Shown in pieces: positions 43,762-54,623 of a stretch of DNA of 64,000 nucleotides. Below the pieces are notes generated by a model, which had not been told where the DNA came from, ran no database searches, and worked only from the letters and a program-made list of their open reading frames with translations. How positions within the stretch are numbered: position 1 is the stretch's first letter; every line of letters starts with the position of its first letter. The DNA comes from Piromyces finnis finn (Eukaryota; Fungi; Neocallimastigomycota), in NCBI GenBank assembly GCA_002104945.1, contig MCFH01000035.1:310001-374000 (forward strand), in the 5' to 3' direction. The position numbers and the translations under genes are program-made.

Positions 43762-45134
43762 TTTTTTTATTTTCTTTATATACTAAAAAAAAAGGTTTCC
43801 AAAATTTTTGTTTAAAAAAAAAACAGCAATTTTTATTATTACAAAAATAAAAACAAAATAATGATTATTAATAAATAACTCCTCTTTTTTTTAAAGATAG
43901 ATTTTTAAAAAAAAAAAAATGTAAAAGGTTTTCTTAAAAAGATGAATTTTCTATCATTACTATATATTATTATTAATTTCTATTTTAATGACTGAATTGT
44001 TTTCCTTTTTTTTTTTTTTTTTTTTTTTTGTAGAATGATATTGTTATTGTAGTACATATATCTAGGATGAAATTATCTTCAATGATGCTTTTCACATTAA
44101 TTGAAAATAGAAAGAAATTCAAAATTAATAAATAATGTTTATTTCACAAAAAAAAAAAAAAACTTTAAAATTTTTATACCATATATGTAATAAATTAAAT
44201 TTTCAAAAATTTCAACAAATAAAATATCATCTTAAAAGTTTAAAAAAAAAAGGTTTCTAAAAATATTCTTTAAAAAAAAAAATGAAAATGAAATGGGAAT
44301 TACAAAAAGCTTGTTCATATATATAATGGGAAGATATTTCTTTCCCTTTTCAACTTTTTTTCTATCAAATGTATATATATACCTTTTGTATATTAATGCA
44401 TATCCTTTTATCCTTATTTAAATAGGGAAAAAAAAAAAAAACTTTTTAACATAAACTTTTTTTATACTTTCATATTCAGTACCAAGAAGATTTCAAAAAT
44501 TGATAATAGCTTCTTTTTTTTTTTTTTTGTAAAAGAAAGTTTTAATTTTATTTTATTATCAATCATGAAAAGTTTTACTATTAATAATATTGTATCTTAA
44601 CTAGCACTATTATTATTTTTTTCACATTTCATCATTTTTTTTTCTTTAAAAAACTAAAATGTTTTTTTTTTTTTTTAGTTTTTAATTTACAATAATGAAA
44701 AATAAAGAAAAAAAATAAATAATAAAAAAAATTAAATTATTTTTTGTTTTGTTTTGTTTTGGTTTTTGGTTTTCGATTTCGTTTAAAATATATCACATTA
44801 TTAAATATAATTAATTCTTTTTCCTTTTTGTTTTTATTTTATTGTTATTTAATTTCTTTTAATAGAATAGTATTACTTAAAATTGATTAATCATTGAATT
44901 GTATTATTTTAAGTGGCATAATTGTTAAAGTGTGTGAGAGATAACTAAAATTATCTCAATAATATAACTTCTAAATAAATAATTGTCTTTTATAATTAAC
45001 TGAAATATTAAATGTAATATAGATTTAATATAATTAAATAAATATATCTATATTAATATTATATAAAAAAAAATATTTTGGATTTTAATAAGAAAACATG
45101 AATTTCCGAATAAATTTGTAGTAACGTTCTAGAT

Positions 45135-46007
45135 TTAGTTTAACCATGATAATTCAACTTTTTGTTTCATAATAAAATAATTATAATAATGATATAATGA
45201 ATTTTAAAAAAAAAAAAAATTAATATCACAAAATGAATAATCTATACATTTTCTTAAAAATAAAAAAAAAATTAATAATTATTATTATATCTATTTTTAC
45301 CTGTTTCTTTAACTCTTCTATCGTATTCCTTTCTGTTTTCTTTAAAAAGTCTAGCAGCTTCAACATTAGCTGGACTACTTGGATTTGGATCATGAAGTAA
45401 AGATTGAATAGAGGTTAATATAGCAGCAACATCATAAGATGGTGACCAACGGTTTTGAACTATATCGTTATATATTAGGAATAACAAAGTGTAAGGCATA
45501 TACACTTTAATAAAAATATATATTTATATAATTTATACTTACGAATATCTAAACAAAGATTACCGTTAGAATAAACATTTGGATGGAACATTTTAGAAAC
45601 GAATTGAACCTTTGGTGGCTTAGTTGGGTATGCTTCTTCAAATTGTAAAGTGAGTTTAAAGGTACCATCTTCAAATGGAGTATCTTTTTACATTAAAAAA
45701 AAATAAATTTAAAAATGATATTCATTTTATATATAATAACTGGGGAAATAGTATTATAATTATAATAGCAATAATTACCTTCTGGACCAAAAATAACAGC
45801 TGCAATTTTTAATCCAAATTTCACATTTTAAAAAAAATTATTTAATATACAAATCAAATAAATTATAATTATTATAAAAAAGGATAAATAAATACCATTC
45901 CATAATAAAACATTATCTTGACATGGCGCTCCAGAAACACCAGCTGGTGGATCAGTTTGGAGTCTTTTGAAATCTCTCATTAAACGTCTCTTGGCTGGAG
46001 TAGACAT
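45135..46007 (-). CDS. RAD6: Ubiquitin-conjugating enzyme E2 Rad6/Ubc2; multi-exon
   Basis: [91 protein letters not shown], last exon VELSWLN*. Confidence 0.96.
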
Positions 46008-48256
46008 CTTGTTTTTATTTATAAATTATTAGATTATATAAAATTTACTGATGATATAAATAATGTGAAAAAAATAATGTCTAATTTAATTTGTTTAATT
46101 TGGTTAAACAATTTATTTTTTTTTTTTTTTTTTTGAAAAACATTTTTAGTTTTATTATAATCGTTTTTTTTTTTTTTTAATTTAAATTTATTTTATTATT
46201 TTATATTGAAATAATGATTTAGTTATTTTGAATATCATTTAATTTTACATCATTTTATATAATAGATATAATAATAACAATATATAATAATACTATTAGT
46301 TTACATTTTTATCATCTAAAAAATTATTTAAAAAAAAAAGATTATATATTTTTCGTTATAATTTATTATATTTACGTCTATAATTATACCTTTAAAATAA
46401 ATATTTTAAAAATTTTAATATTTAATTCAATAAAGAGTTATCTTCTATTTACAATAATATTTTTTATATTTGATTTCTCTTTTTTATTAAATTTTTGAAT
46501 TTTAAAATTGAACTTTTAGATTTCTTTTTAACTAAATATTAAAAAGGATTAATTTTAAAAAAAAAAAAAAAAAAATTATAAAATTATAATTAATAATAAT
46601 AATAAACTTTATTTATTAATAAAATAAAAAGAAATATAAAGATTTTTCCTTTTCAATAGTTAATTTATTAGGCACGGCTTTAATATCAAAATATTAATAC
46701 TTTTTCATTTTATTATTTATCTATTATATTAAAAAATATATTACAGATATATTGAAGATATATCTATTCAATATATTATTCTTTGATATTATTCGCTAAA
46801 CTGAATAAACAGTATATTAATAATTTATTGATATTAAAATTTTGTAATACAAATTTCCAGAAAAAGTATTTGTATACATTAATGTAAATGAAAAATATAA
46901 TGTTTAATTATATATATATATATATAAATTAAAACACAGAAAAAGTTTTAGAACAGCAGTAACCATTTAAGATAAAAAAAAAGAAAAGAATGATACTTTT
47001 TAAGACTATTAAAAATCAACGCTTTGATATAATAGTTGTATTTACCAATATACTTTTATAAATAACAAAAAATAGCATTTTATTTAAAAAAATTATCAAC
47101 ACATAAAGGAGAGCCTATTAATTAATGAAAAGATTAAAAATGATAAAGATACTATAATTATTCTAAAATTAATGATTATATTCGTTTTATCGTTCTGTAA
47201 TGTTTTTGTTTAAATGAACGATTTTATAAACTTTTTGTCTGTCCATTTGTTTGTTTGTTTGCTATTGAAATGTTTGTTTTTTGCTTTTTTTTCATTTCAT
47301 TAAATCCAAAAAAGAAAAATTTGAAACAAGAAAAAAAACCATGAAATTAATTTGTGTAACAGTAATTTTTAAAAAAAAAAATAATTTTTTTAATTTAAAC
47401 ATCATATTTTAAAAATAAAATATTAGTAGGTTATTATTCATTATCATCATTACGAATACAGTAAAGTATTTTTAACACTATAGCAACTATAAACATTAAT
47501 ATATACATATAACAATTAGAAAATGAAACACTTTTTTCAATATAATAAAATGGGGAATATCATCTTTATTGTATTGTAAAAAAAACTTTTAAAAAATAGA
47601 ATGTAATTTTTAATTAAAGAATGATTTTCAAAATGATAACATTTTATAGACCTTAACACTACAAAAAATAATGTGTTTTTCATTTGATACAATTACACCA
47701 CGTACATTAGAAAATAAAAAATATATAATTAATTTAAAATTATGATTTTTAAAGAATATATATATTTAAATATTTTATTAAGGTTCTCTATATATAAACA
47801 TGCATTTTTAAGTTTTAATCAAGAAAGGGAGAAAATAAAAACTATTTTGTTTTAAGATTTATGGTATATTATATATATTTAAATTTTAAAAAGCAAAATA
47901 TATAATACTTAAATTTACTAAAAAAAAAGAGATATGAATACATACTTTAAAATATTATCATAAAAACCTTTTTTTTTTTTCTATTTTCAAATAAATAAAA
48001 TAATAAGCTTTATAGTTTTTTATACTACACAATACTACTTTATATAAATATTATTGGTAAAAAAACTGAATGCTAATATATATTTTTGAATTTATAAATA
48101 TAAATAGTTTTTATTTTATTTATTTTTTTTTGTCTTCATTGTACTTTTACTGTAAATTATATTTTTTTTAAAAAAAAAAAAAAAAAGAAAAGAAAAAAAA
48201 TCATTCAAATATAATACAATATAATACAATAACATACAATATCAATTACTACAAAA

Positions 48257-48922
48257 ATGAAACTATTAAATAGTTTAATATTTATTATAGGTTCTATATC
48301 ATGTGTATTAGGAACACCATATGTTGATAGAAATAAGAATAAAGATAGTGAAAAGTATGTGACAATAGTTCATCAAGATAAATATAAACCATCTTTCAAT
48401 AGAAATAGTTATGGTAATGAAAATAATAAAATTAAACCTGAACCAATTCCAACATCAACAATCACATTTAAACAAAGACCAAAAACTAAATGGGCTAGAA
48501 CCACATCTAAAAATAAAAGATTCCATAAATTTACAAATGATAAAAAAATATATAGAAGATCATTTTTCGCGCCAACTATGACTAAAGTAGGTGATAAAAT
48601 TGAACCAACCTTTGGTAAATATGTATATGATTCAGATGTACCTAGTTGTGTTAATCAAAAGGATTGTCAAGAAAAGAATATTCCAGATCTTTTAGTAGAA
48701 CATTTAAGGGATAAAACTGCTTTTAAACCAAGTGAAAAATATTATCATAAAACTCTTTCTTTTAAACCAGTATGTACTAATGGAATTTGTAAAGCACCAA
48801 TTATTACTGAATTACCATGTATGCATGGAAATTGTAGAGTATCAAAAGAAAACGATGAAGATATCAAACATAGTATTGGAAATAATATTAATGAAATGGA
48901 AAAAAGAGCTAACAAGAAATAA
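48257..48922 (+). CDS. Intronless 221-aa predicted secreted protein with six mature-region Cys and dibasic sites; function unknown
   Basis: Continuous ORF with host-like codons. N-terminal MKLLNSLIFIIGSISCVLG resembles a signal peptide. Cys pairs CVNQKDC, CTNGIC, CMHGNC. Confidence 0.75.
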   Translation: MKLLNSLIFIIGSISCVLGTPYVDRNKNKDSEKYVTIVHQDKYKPSFNRNSYGNENNKIKPEPIPTSTITFKQRPKTKWARTTSKNKRFHKFTNDKKIYRRSFFAPTMTKVGDKIEPTFGKYVYDSDVPSCVNQKDCQEKNIPDLLVEHLRDKTAFKPSEKYYHKTLSFKPVCTNGICKAPIITELPCMHGNCRVSKENDEDIKHSIGNNINEMEKRANKK

Positions 48923-49610
48923 AAATATTTTTAAAGGGCATATTAAAAGTATATACTAATATTTTTAAAATCATCATACTCTATATTAATAGATTTATCT
49001 AGATTTATTTATTAAAATTTATATATTCATATAGTGATTTTATTGCTCTTATTTTACTATAAATAAAATAACTAATAAAGCAATTAATATCTATTTAATA
49101 TATATAGTTAAAATGTAAATTAACATAGTTATTAAAATAAATAATAAATAGCAAAAGTATTTTATGTTGCCAATATGTTGTTAAATGTAACACCTAACCC
49201 TATTCACATAAATTAAAAATGGATCAATTTACAGTTGATGTTTATTAAAAAATTATTAATAAAAATAAATATACAACAATATATATTATATATATATTAT
49301 TGGGTTTCTTTTTCTTTTTTTTTTTTTTTTATATATTTGTAAAAATTTTTTATTAAATTGCAAAAGATTTATTTTACGAAATGATAAACATAATGTTTAG
49401 TTTTAATTAATAGAAAACCATTGTAGTATTTTTAAATAACATAAATAATTTATTTTCTTAAAAACTATTTATTAAATAATAATTAAATATCCTCACTTAT
49501 ATATATTTATATGTATATATACATATAAATAATTACTGCTGCAGTAATTCTTTTTTTGTTCAAAGTAAAATTAATCTTTTTTTTTTTTTTTTTTACATTT
49601 ATAGTTTACA

Positions 49611-52600
49611 ATGACTGATTTAAGTGACAACGAAAATATCAATTTATCATTTCCAGATACCAATGAACTTTTTTCAACATTTTCAAATGATGATATAATA
49701 ATAGATCCTTTACCCAATAAAGTAGAAAAAGTTATTGATAGCAATGAAAAAATAAATTATAATGACAGAAATAATTCCATGGAAAACACATTTTCCAGTA
49801 ATACTAATAAAATAAATGAAGATATTTATAATTTTTATAAAGCTTGTCAATCAACTATTATTGTACCTATCAATTACACTAAACTTTCTTCAAATCAAAA
49901 AAAAATTGTACAAGATACTATCCAAAATCTGCTTCTTAATTTAAAACAAGAAAATGAAGAAGAAAAAGAACCTACTATACAAAATCAATTGGAACAGGAT
50001 GAAATTTATGCACAACAAATTATCGATGATTTAAATAGAAAAAGAGAAATAGTTAACTATTTAGAATATTTATTAAGTGATGAAAATAGAATTTATGATT
50101 ATTATATTGATTCATTGTATAAACGTAGTGGAGAAGGATATATTAAATTAGTATATCTTAATAAATATCTTCAATATATTAATCTTAATGTAGCAAATAC
50201 CGATAGCTTTGAAGAAAATCCAGATGTCATTTTGATCAAGAAATCTGTTGCCTTAATTTCAAACTTTTTAGAATTTAATACGGATGGAAATGCCATTCGG
50301 TATAACAGAAATTGTGATCCATTTTGTAAATGTTTGGATAATTATACCATTGAATTTGTATCAAGCCAAAATGGTAAAGAAAGTTCCCAAGATAGTATTG
50401 AAACTCATTCAAAAGAAAATGATAAAAAATATAATAACATACCCCATATACCCATTCTAACAACCGAAAATAATAAAGAAGATAATACAGAAAACGATAA
50501 AGAAATAAAAGATAATAAAAATAGCAGTGAAACAAAGTCAGAAATAAAGGATAATATAACAAATGAAGATGAAATAAAAATGGAAATTGAAGAAGAATCT
50601 GACATGGAAATCAGTGATGATGAAGATTCTGATACCCTTGAGTTATACAAAGAATCAAGTAGTAAAGATTCATCACCAGAAATGGAATCTAATTCGTTAA
50701 TAACCAATGAAACAGAAAAGGAAAAAGAGGATGAAAATAAGAAAGCTATAGTAAAAGATGATGAAAATACGAATAATAATGATTTTAAAAACCAAAATAA
50801 GATTACGCCAAATGATAATGATAATAATAACCATTCATCGGATCAAACGATAGAAACAAGTAATGAAGAAGAAGAGAATATGCTATCAGTCACATCATTG
50901 GTAGAAACAGAAAAGGAAATAAAAAAAGAAAAAGACGATCATGAAAATAATAGTAAAAGTATAACAAATAATTCATCCGATAATATTATGAATAAGGATG
51001 AAAAAAAGGATTATACCAATAACTCACTTTTAGGGAGCAATAATACCAATAATGATAATCAGAATGATATGATTGATGATACCCAAGATTTAATCCATGA
51101 AAATCAAAATAAAATAGAAGATGAAAATAATGAAATAATGGAATCTCAAATTAATATTACTAAAAATGAATCAAGTAAAGTTGTTAGTCAAGAAGACAAA
51201 GAGAATAAAATGGATATCACTTCAATAAATGAAGATGAAGATCAAATGGAAACGATAATACCAATGAATGAAATTAATGATGTAACAAAAGAATCCAAAA
51301 TGGAAGAAACCACCACTATGGAAGAAAATAATTATGAGACTACATCAGAATCCATTCCAACATTAGAAAAAGATGATGATCAAGTATCAGGAAAAGATTT
51401 AAGAAATTTATTTGATGATTATGATAATGATGAAGAAGAAGATGAAGAGGTAAAAGGTCCACCAACCTTTATTACTCTTAATGGTACTTTCCAATGGTTA
51501 ACAGAAGCGGATACGGTAAAGGAGACCAAAATACATATTTTCCATAATCTTAAGGAAGCAGAGGATGAAAGTCAAGTTGAATATGATTGTAATCGTGAGA
51601 TCGTTTTAGGAGAGGAATTAGATCCATTTAAAAAAGAAATTTTTGGTTGTTTTAATTGTCGTTCAATTTATCATGAACTCAAAGATTGTCCTCTTCCACG
51701 CAATTCAGAAGAAATTAGAAAGAATCGAGCATTATTTAAAGAACTTAGTAACGCCACCACCAATGCTCGGTATCATGAAGTTGTCGCCGAAGAAGAACTT
51801 TTTTCCAAATTTAAACCAGGTCAAATTTCAGAGGAATTACGAGAAGCCTTAGGACTTGAAGGAGATGAAGATATTCCACTTTATGTAAAACGAATGCATA
51901 CCTATGGTTATCCACCAGGGTATCTTGGTTTCACAGAAAAAGATGATCCTTATCAAATTAGAAATTTCAATGATTCCGAGGAACAAGCAAACGATGAATT
52001 AAAAATCTATTCGGAAGAAGAAAATGTAGGTAAGGCAACCAATACCACTCAACATGACAATGCTTCAATTTCATTGAATGGAAAAGAAGAAGATGAACAA
52101 AAGGAGGGTGACAATGCTGAAAAAAAGGAAGAAGAAGATCAAGCAAAACAGACAAAAAGTCAAGTTAAAAAGAAGACGGTTCAACTTTATAAATATCCAG
52201 GTTATAATGCTCCAATTGAACCAAGAAAGAAGGAAGAGGTGAAAAAAGAAGAAGAAGAAGAAAAGAAAGAAAAAGAAGAAGAAGAAGAAGAAGAAGAAGA
52301 AAAGCAAGAGGAAAAGACAAAAGATAAAGATCATAATGATCATGATGATTTTATGATTAAAGTACCTGTAAAAGTAACAAAAACCGAAAATACCGACAAA
52401 GATTATATTTCTTTTGATTCTACCACCACCACAAACAATAATAATAAAAAGCATGATACCACTAATAAAACAAGCAACGACACCAAAGAAAATTGGGAGG
52501 ACCGCCATAAAAAGCATTATGATGACAATAAAAGCAAGAGTAAAAATAAGAGTAGGCCTTCCACAAAAAACTATAATAGAAATAAGAATAATAAAAATGA

Positions 52601-53858
52601 TAATAACTATGGTTATGGAAAAAGTGACCATGATAATAGTACCAATAATAACTATGGGTATGGCAAGAAGGATTATAAAAATAATAACTATGGTTTACCT
52701 GCTCCTAATGATTATACCAACTATTCAAATGGTAGGAACACCACCACCACCGATAATAATAACTTTAACAATAATAATCTAGGTTATAATAATAATAATA
52801 GTAATAATACCTATTCTAATGATTACTCCATGACATCCATGACACCTAATTATACTCCAATGAACCAACCACCACCGATGAATGATTTCAATAACATAAA
52901 CACCAACAATAATTATGGTATGAATAATTCTAATGATTATCCTTCCATGAATAACATGAATAATTATAATGGAATGCCTACCACAATCAATGAAATTAAC
53001 AACCATCATGGTAACAACCTTAACACAATGAATGCTATGAGCACTATGAACAATATGAATAGTATGGACAATATGAACAGCATGAACAGCATGAACAGTA
53101 TGAACACTATGGCCAACATGAATAATGTGAACAGCATGAATAGTATGAACAATATAGGAAATATCAATGATTATGCTGCAATGAACAACCCGATGAATAG
53201 TATAGGAAATATTGGTAACTTTAATAATGATGGAAGCAACGTGAATCAATACAACTGTTCCAACACCACTAATTATAATTTTAATACAATGAATACGATG
53301 AATCATTTTAACGGAATGAACGCACCAAATGACTATTCATCCATGAATAATTACAATAATAGGAATACCACCATGGATAATAACTATGGCATGCCAATGA
53401 TGACCACGAATAATAATAACTATGGAATGAACACGGTGAATAATGCTAACACCATGAATAATTATGGTATGGGAAATAGTAGCCATAGGACCATGAATTT
53501 TAACAATTATCAAGAACCATCCTCGACGACCAATTTTAATTCAAGTGAGTCGGCGTCCTACTCCACAAAATCGTACAAGTCCTACACGAATAATAATGAC
53601 AAAAAATCCAATTATTATCATCGAAAAAATCGCAGTGGTAGCGACAGTAACAATCATCATTATCATAAAAGGAATCATTCGTATGAGGATAATAATGACC
53701 TACCACCGTCAAAGAATCATGCCATCAAGAGGCATAAAATAAGTTATGAAGATGTCGATGATACCCGCCGTCATAGTACAAATGAACCACCGCCTTCAAA
53801 AGTTAATTCTTTTACAGAGGGGGAGGATGAATTAGAAGAAGGTGAAATTATTGAATAA
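49611..53858 (+). CDS. ZCCHC8: ZCCHC8-like protein (zinc knuckle + PSP domain; NEXT complex scaffold homolog), 1415 aa, apparently intronless
   Basis: CCHC knuckle CFNCRSIYHELKDCPLPRN (from 51648), followed by RYH and the PSP domain FKPGQISEELREALG...YVKRMHTYGYPPGYL (51810-51926). This knuckle-then-PSP order is characteristic of ZCCHC8 rather than SF3B2/Cus1. Confidence 0.88.
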   Translation: MTDLSDNENINLSFPDTNELFSTFSNDDIIIDPLPNKVEKVIDSNEKINYNDRNNSMENTFSSNTNKINEDIYNFYKACQSTIIVPINYTKLSSNQKKIVQDTIQNLLLNLKQENEEEKEPTIQNQLEQDEIYAQQIIDDLNRKREIVNYLEYLLSDENRIYDYYIDSLYKRSGEGYIKLVYLNKYLQYINLNVANTDSFEENPDVILIKKSVALISNFLEFNTDGNAIRYNRNCDPFCKCLDNYTIEFVSSQNGKESSQDSIETHSKENDKKYNNIPHIPILTTENNKEDNTENDKEIKDNKNSSETKSEIKDNITNEDEIKMEIEEESDMEISDDEDSDTLELYKESSSKDSSPEMESNSLITNETEKEKEDENKKAIVKDDENTNNNDFKNQNKITPNDNDNNNHSSDQTIETSNEEEENMLSVTSLVETEKEIKKEKDDHENNSKSITNNSSDNIMNKDEKKDYTNNSLLGSNNTNNDNQNDMIDDTQDLIHENQNKIEDENNEIMESQINITKNESSKVVSQEDKENKMDITSINEDEDQMETIIPMNEINDVTKESKMEETTTMEENNYETTSESIPTLEKDDDQVSGKDLRNLFDDYDNDEEEDEEVKGPPTFITLNGTFQWLTEADTVKETKIHIFHNLKEAEDESQVEYDCNREIVLGEELDPFKKEIFGCFNCRSIYHELKDCPLPRNSEEIRKNRALFKELSNATTNARYHEVVAEEELFSKFKPGQISEELREALGLEGDEDIPLYVKRMHTYGYPPGYLGFTEKDDPYQIRNFNDSEEQANDELKIYSEEENVGKATNTTQHDNASISLNGKEEDEQKEGDNAEKKEEEDQAKQTKSQVKKKTVQLYKYPGYNAPIEPRKKEEVKKEEEEEKKEKEEEEEEEEEKQEEKTKDKDHNDHDDFMIKVPVKVTKTENTDKDYISFDSTTTTNNNNKKHDTTNKTSNDTKENWEDRHKKHYDDNKSKSKNKSRPSTKNYNRNKNNKNDNNYGYGKSDHDNSTNNNYGYGKKDYKNNNYGLPAPNDYTNYSNGRNTTTTDNNNFNNNNLGYNNNNSNNTYSNDYSMTSMTPNYTPMNQPPPMNDFNNINTNNNYGMNNSNDYPSMNNMNNYNGMPTTINEINNHHGNNLNTMNAMSTMNNMNSMDNMNSMNSMNSMNTMANMNNVNSMNSMNNIGNINDYAAMNNPMNSIGNIGNFNNDGSNVNQYNCSNTTNYNFNTMNTMNHFNGMNAPNDYSSMNNYNNRNTTMDNNYGMPMMTTNNNNYGMNTVNNANTMNNYGMGNSSHRTMNFNNYQEPSSTTNFNSSESASYSTKSYKSYTNNNDKKSNYYHRKNRSGSDSNNHHYHKRNHSYEDNNDLPPSKNHAIKRHKISYEDVDDTRRHSTNEPPPSKVNSFTEGEDELEEGEIIE

Positions 53859-54438
53859 AGAAAGAAAAAAAAAATTATACCATAAAAAAAAAAAGCACAC
53901 ACAAATCCCTAGATATTCTATAGATGAATTATTTCTATTTCACGATTTAATTTATTAGGTATTTTCAAAATTTTTTATTTTTTCTTACTTTTTGTTTATT
54001 ATTTCTATTTCAAAAAAAAAAAAAATTAATATATATATATTAATATTTTGTTCCACCTTTTACACTTTTATATATATACTATTAATCTATTCTCTATTAT
54101 AAAAAGTAACAAAATGCTATTATGTATTATAAATTAATTTTAATCCTTTAATAAAAAAAAAAAAAAAAAACTCTATGAAAATTTAATTTAAAAATTAATT
54201 TAAAAAATCAAATCCATTAAAAAAATTTTTTTAATATATTTTTTTCATTATGCATGATCAATGACCCTAGTATATTTAATGAAGCAGCAAGTTTTTTTTT
54301 TTTCATTATTTTTATTATTTTGGGTAGGAACGTGTGTCGGTGTGTGTGTGCGTGTATCTATCCCATTTTATTTATTTATGATACTAAATTATACACATTT
54401 AGTTACCCTAAAATAATAAAAACATAAATAAAAAAAAA

Positions 54439-54623
54439 GGCAACTAGGAATGATAACATCCAATATATAAATTTATTATCTACTGTAAAAAAAAAAAAAA
54501 GACAACTAGGAATGATAGCATCCAATATATAAATTTATTATCAACTGTAAAAAAAAAAAAAGACAACTAGGAATGATAGCATCCAATATATAAATTTATT
54601 ATCAACTGTAAAAAAAAAAAAAA
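54439..54623. repeat. Three tandem copies of a ~61-62 bp unit (46-bp core + oligo-A)
   Basis: Core CAACTAGGAATGATAGCATCCAATATATAAATTTATTATCAACTGT starts at 54441, 54503 and 54564, each followed by ~14 A. Copy 1 has two substitutions. Confidence 0.95.

Noticed and set aside
50275-53742. Antisense and alternate-frame ORFs inside the ZCCHC8-like gene, and 24326-24529 inside the zinc-finger/TM gene
   Set aside because: Shadow frames produced by Asn/Met/Asp-rich low-complexity codons, with no independent features.
54439-54623. CRISPR-like array reading of the 61-bp repeats (likewise the 45-bp repeats at 62115)
   Set aside because: No unique spacers (only oligo-A, or none), no cas genes, and a eukaryotic context.
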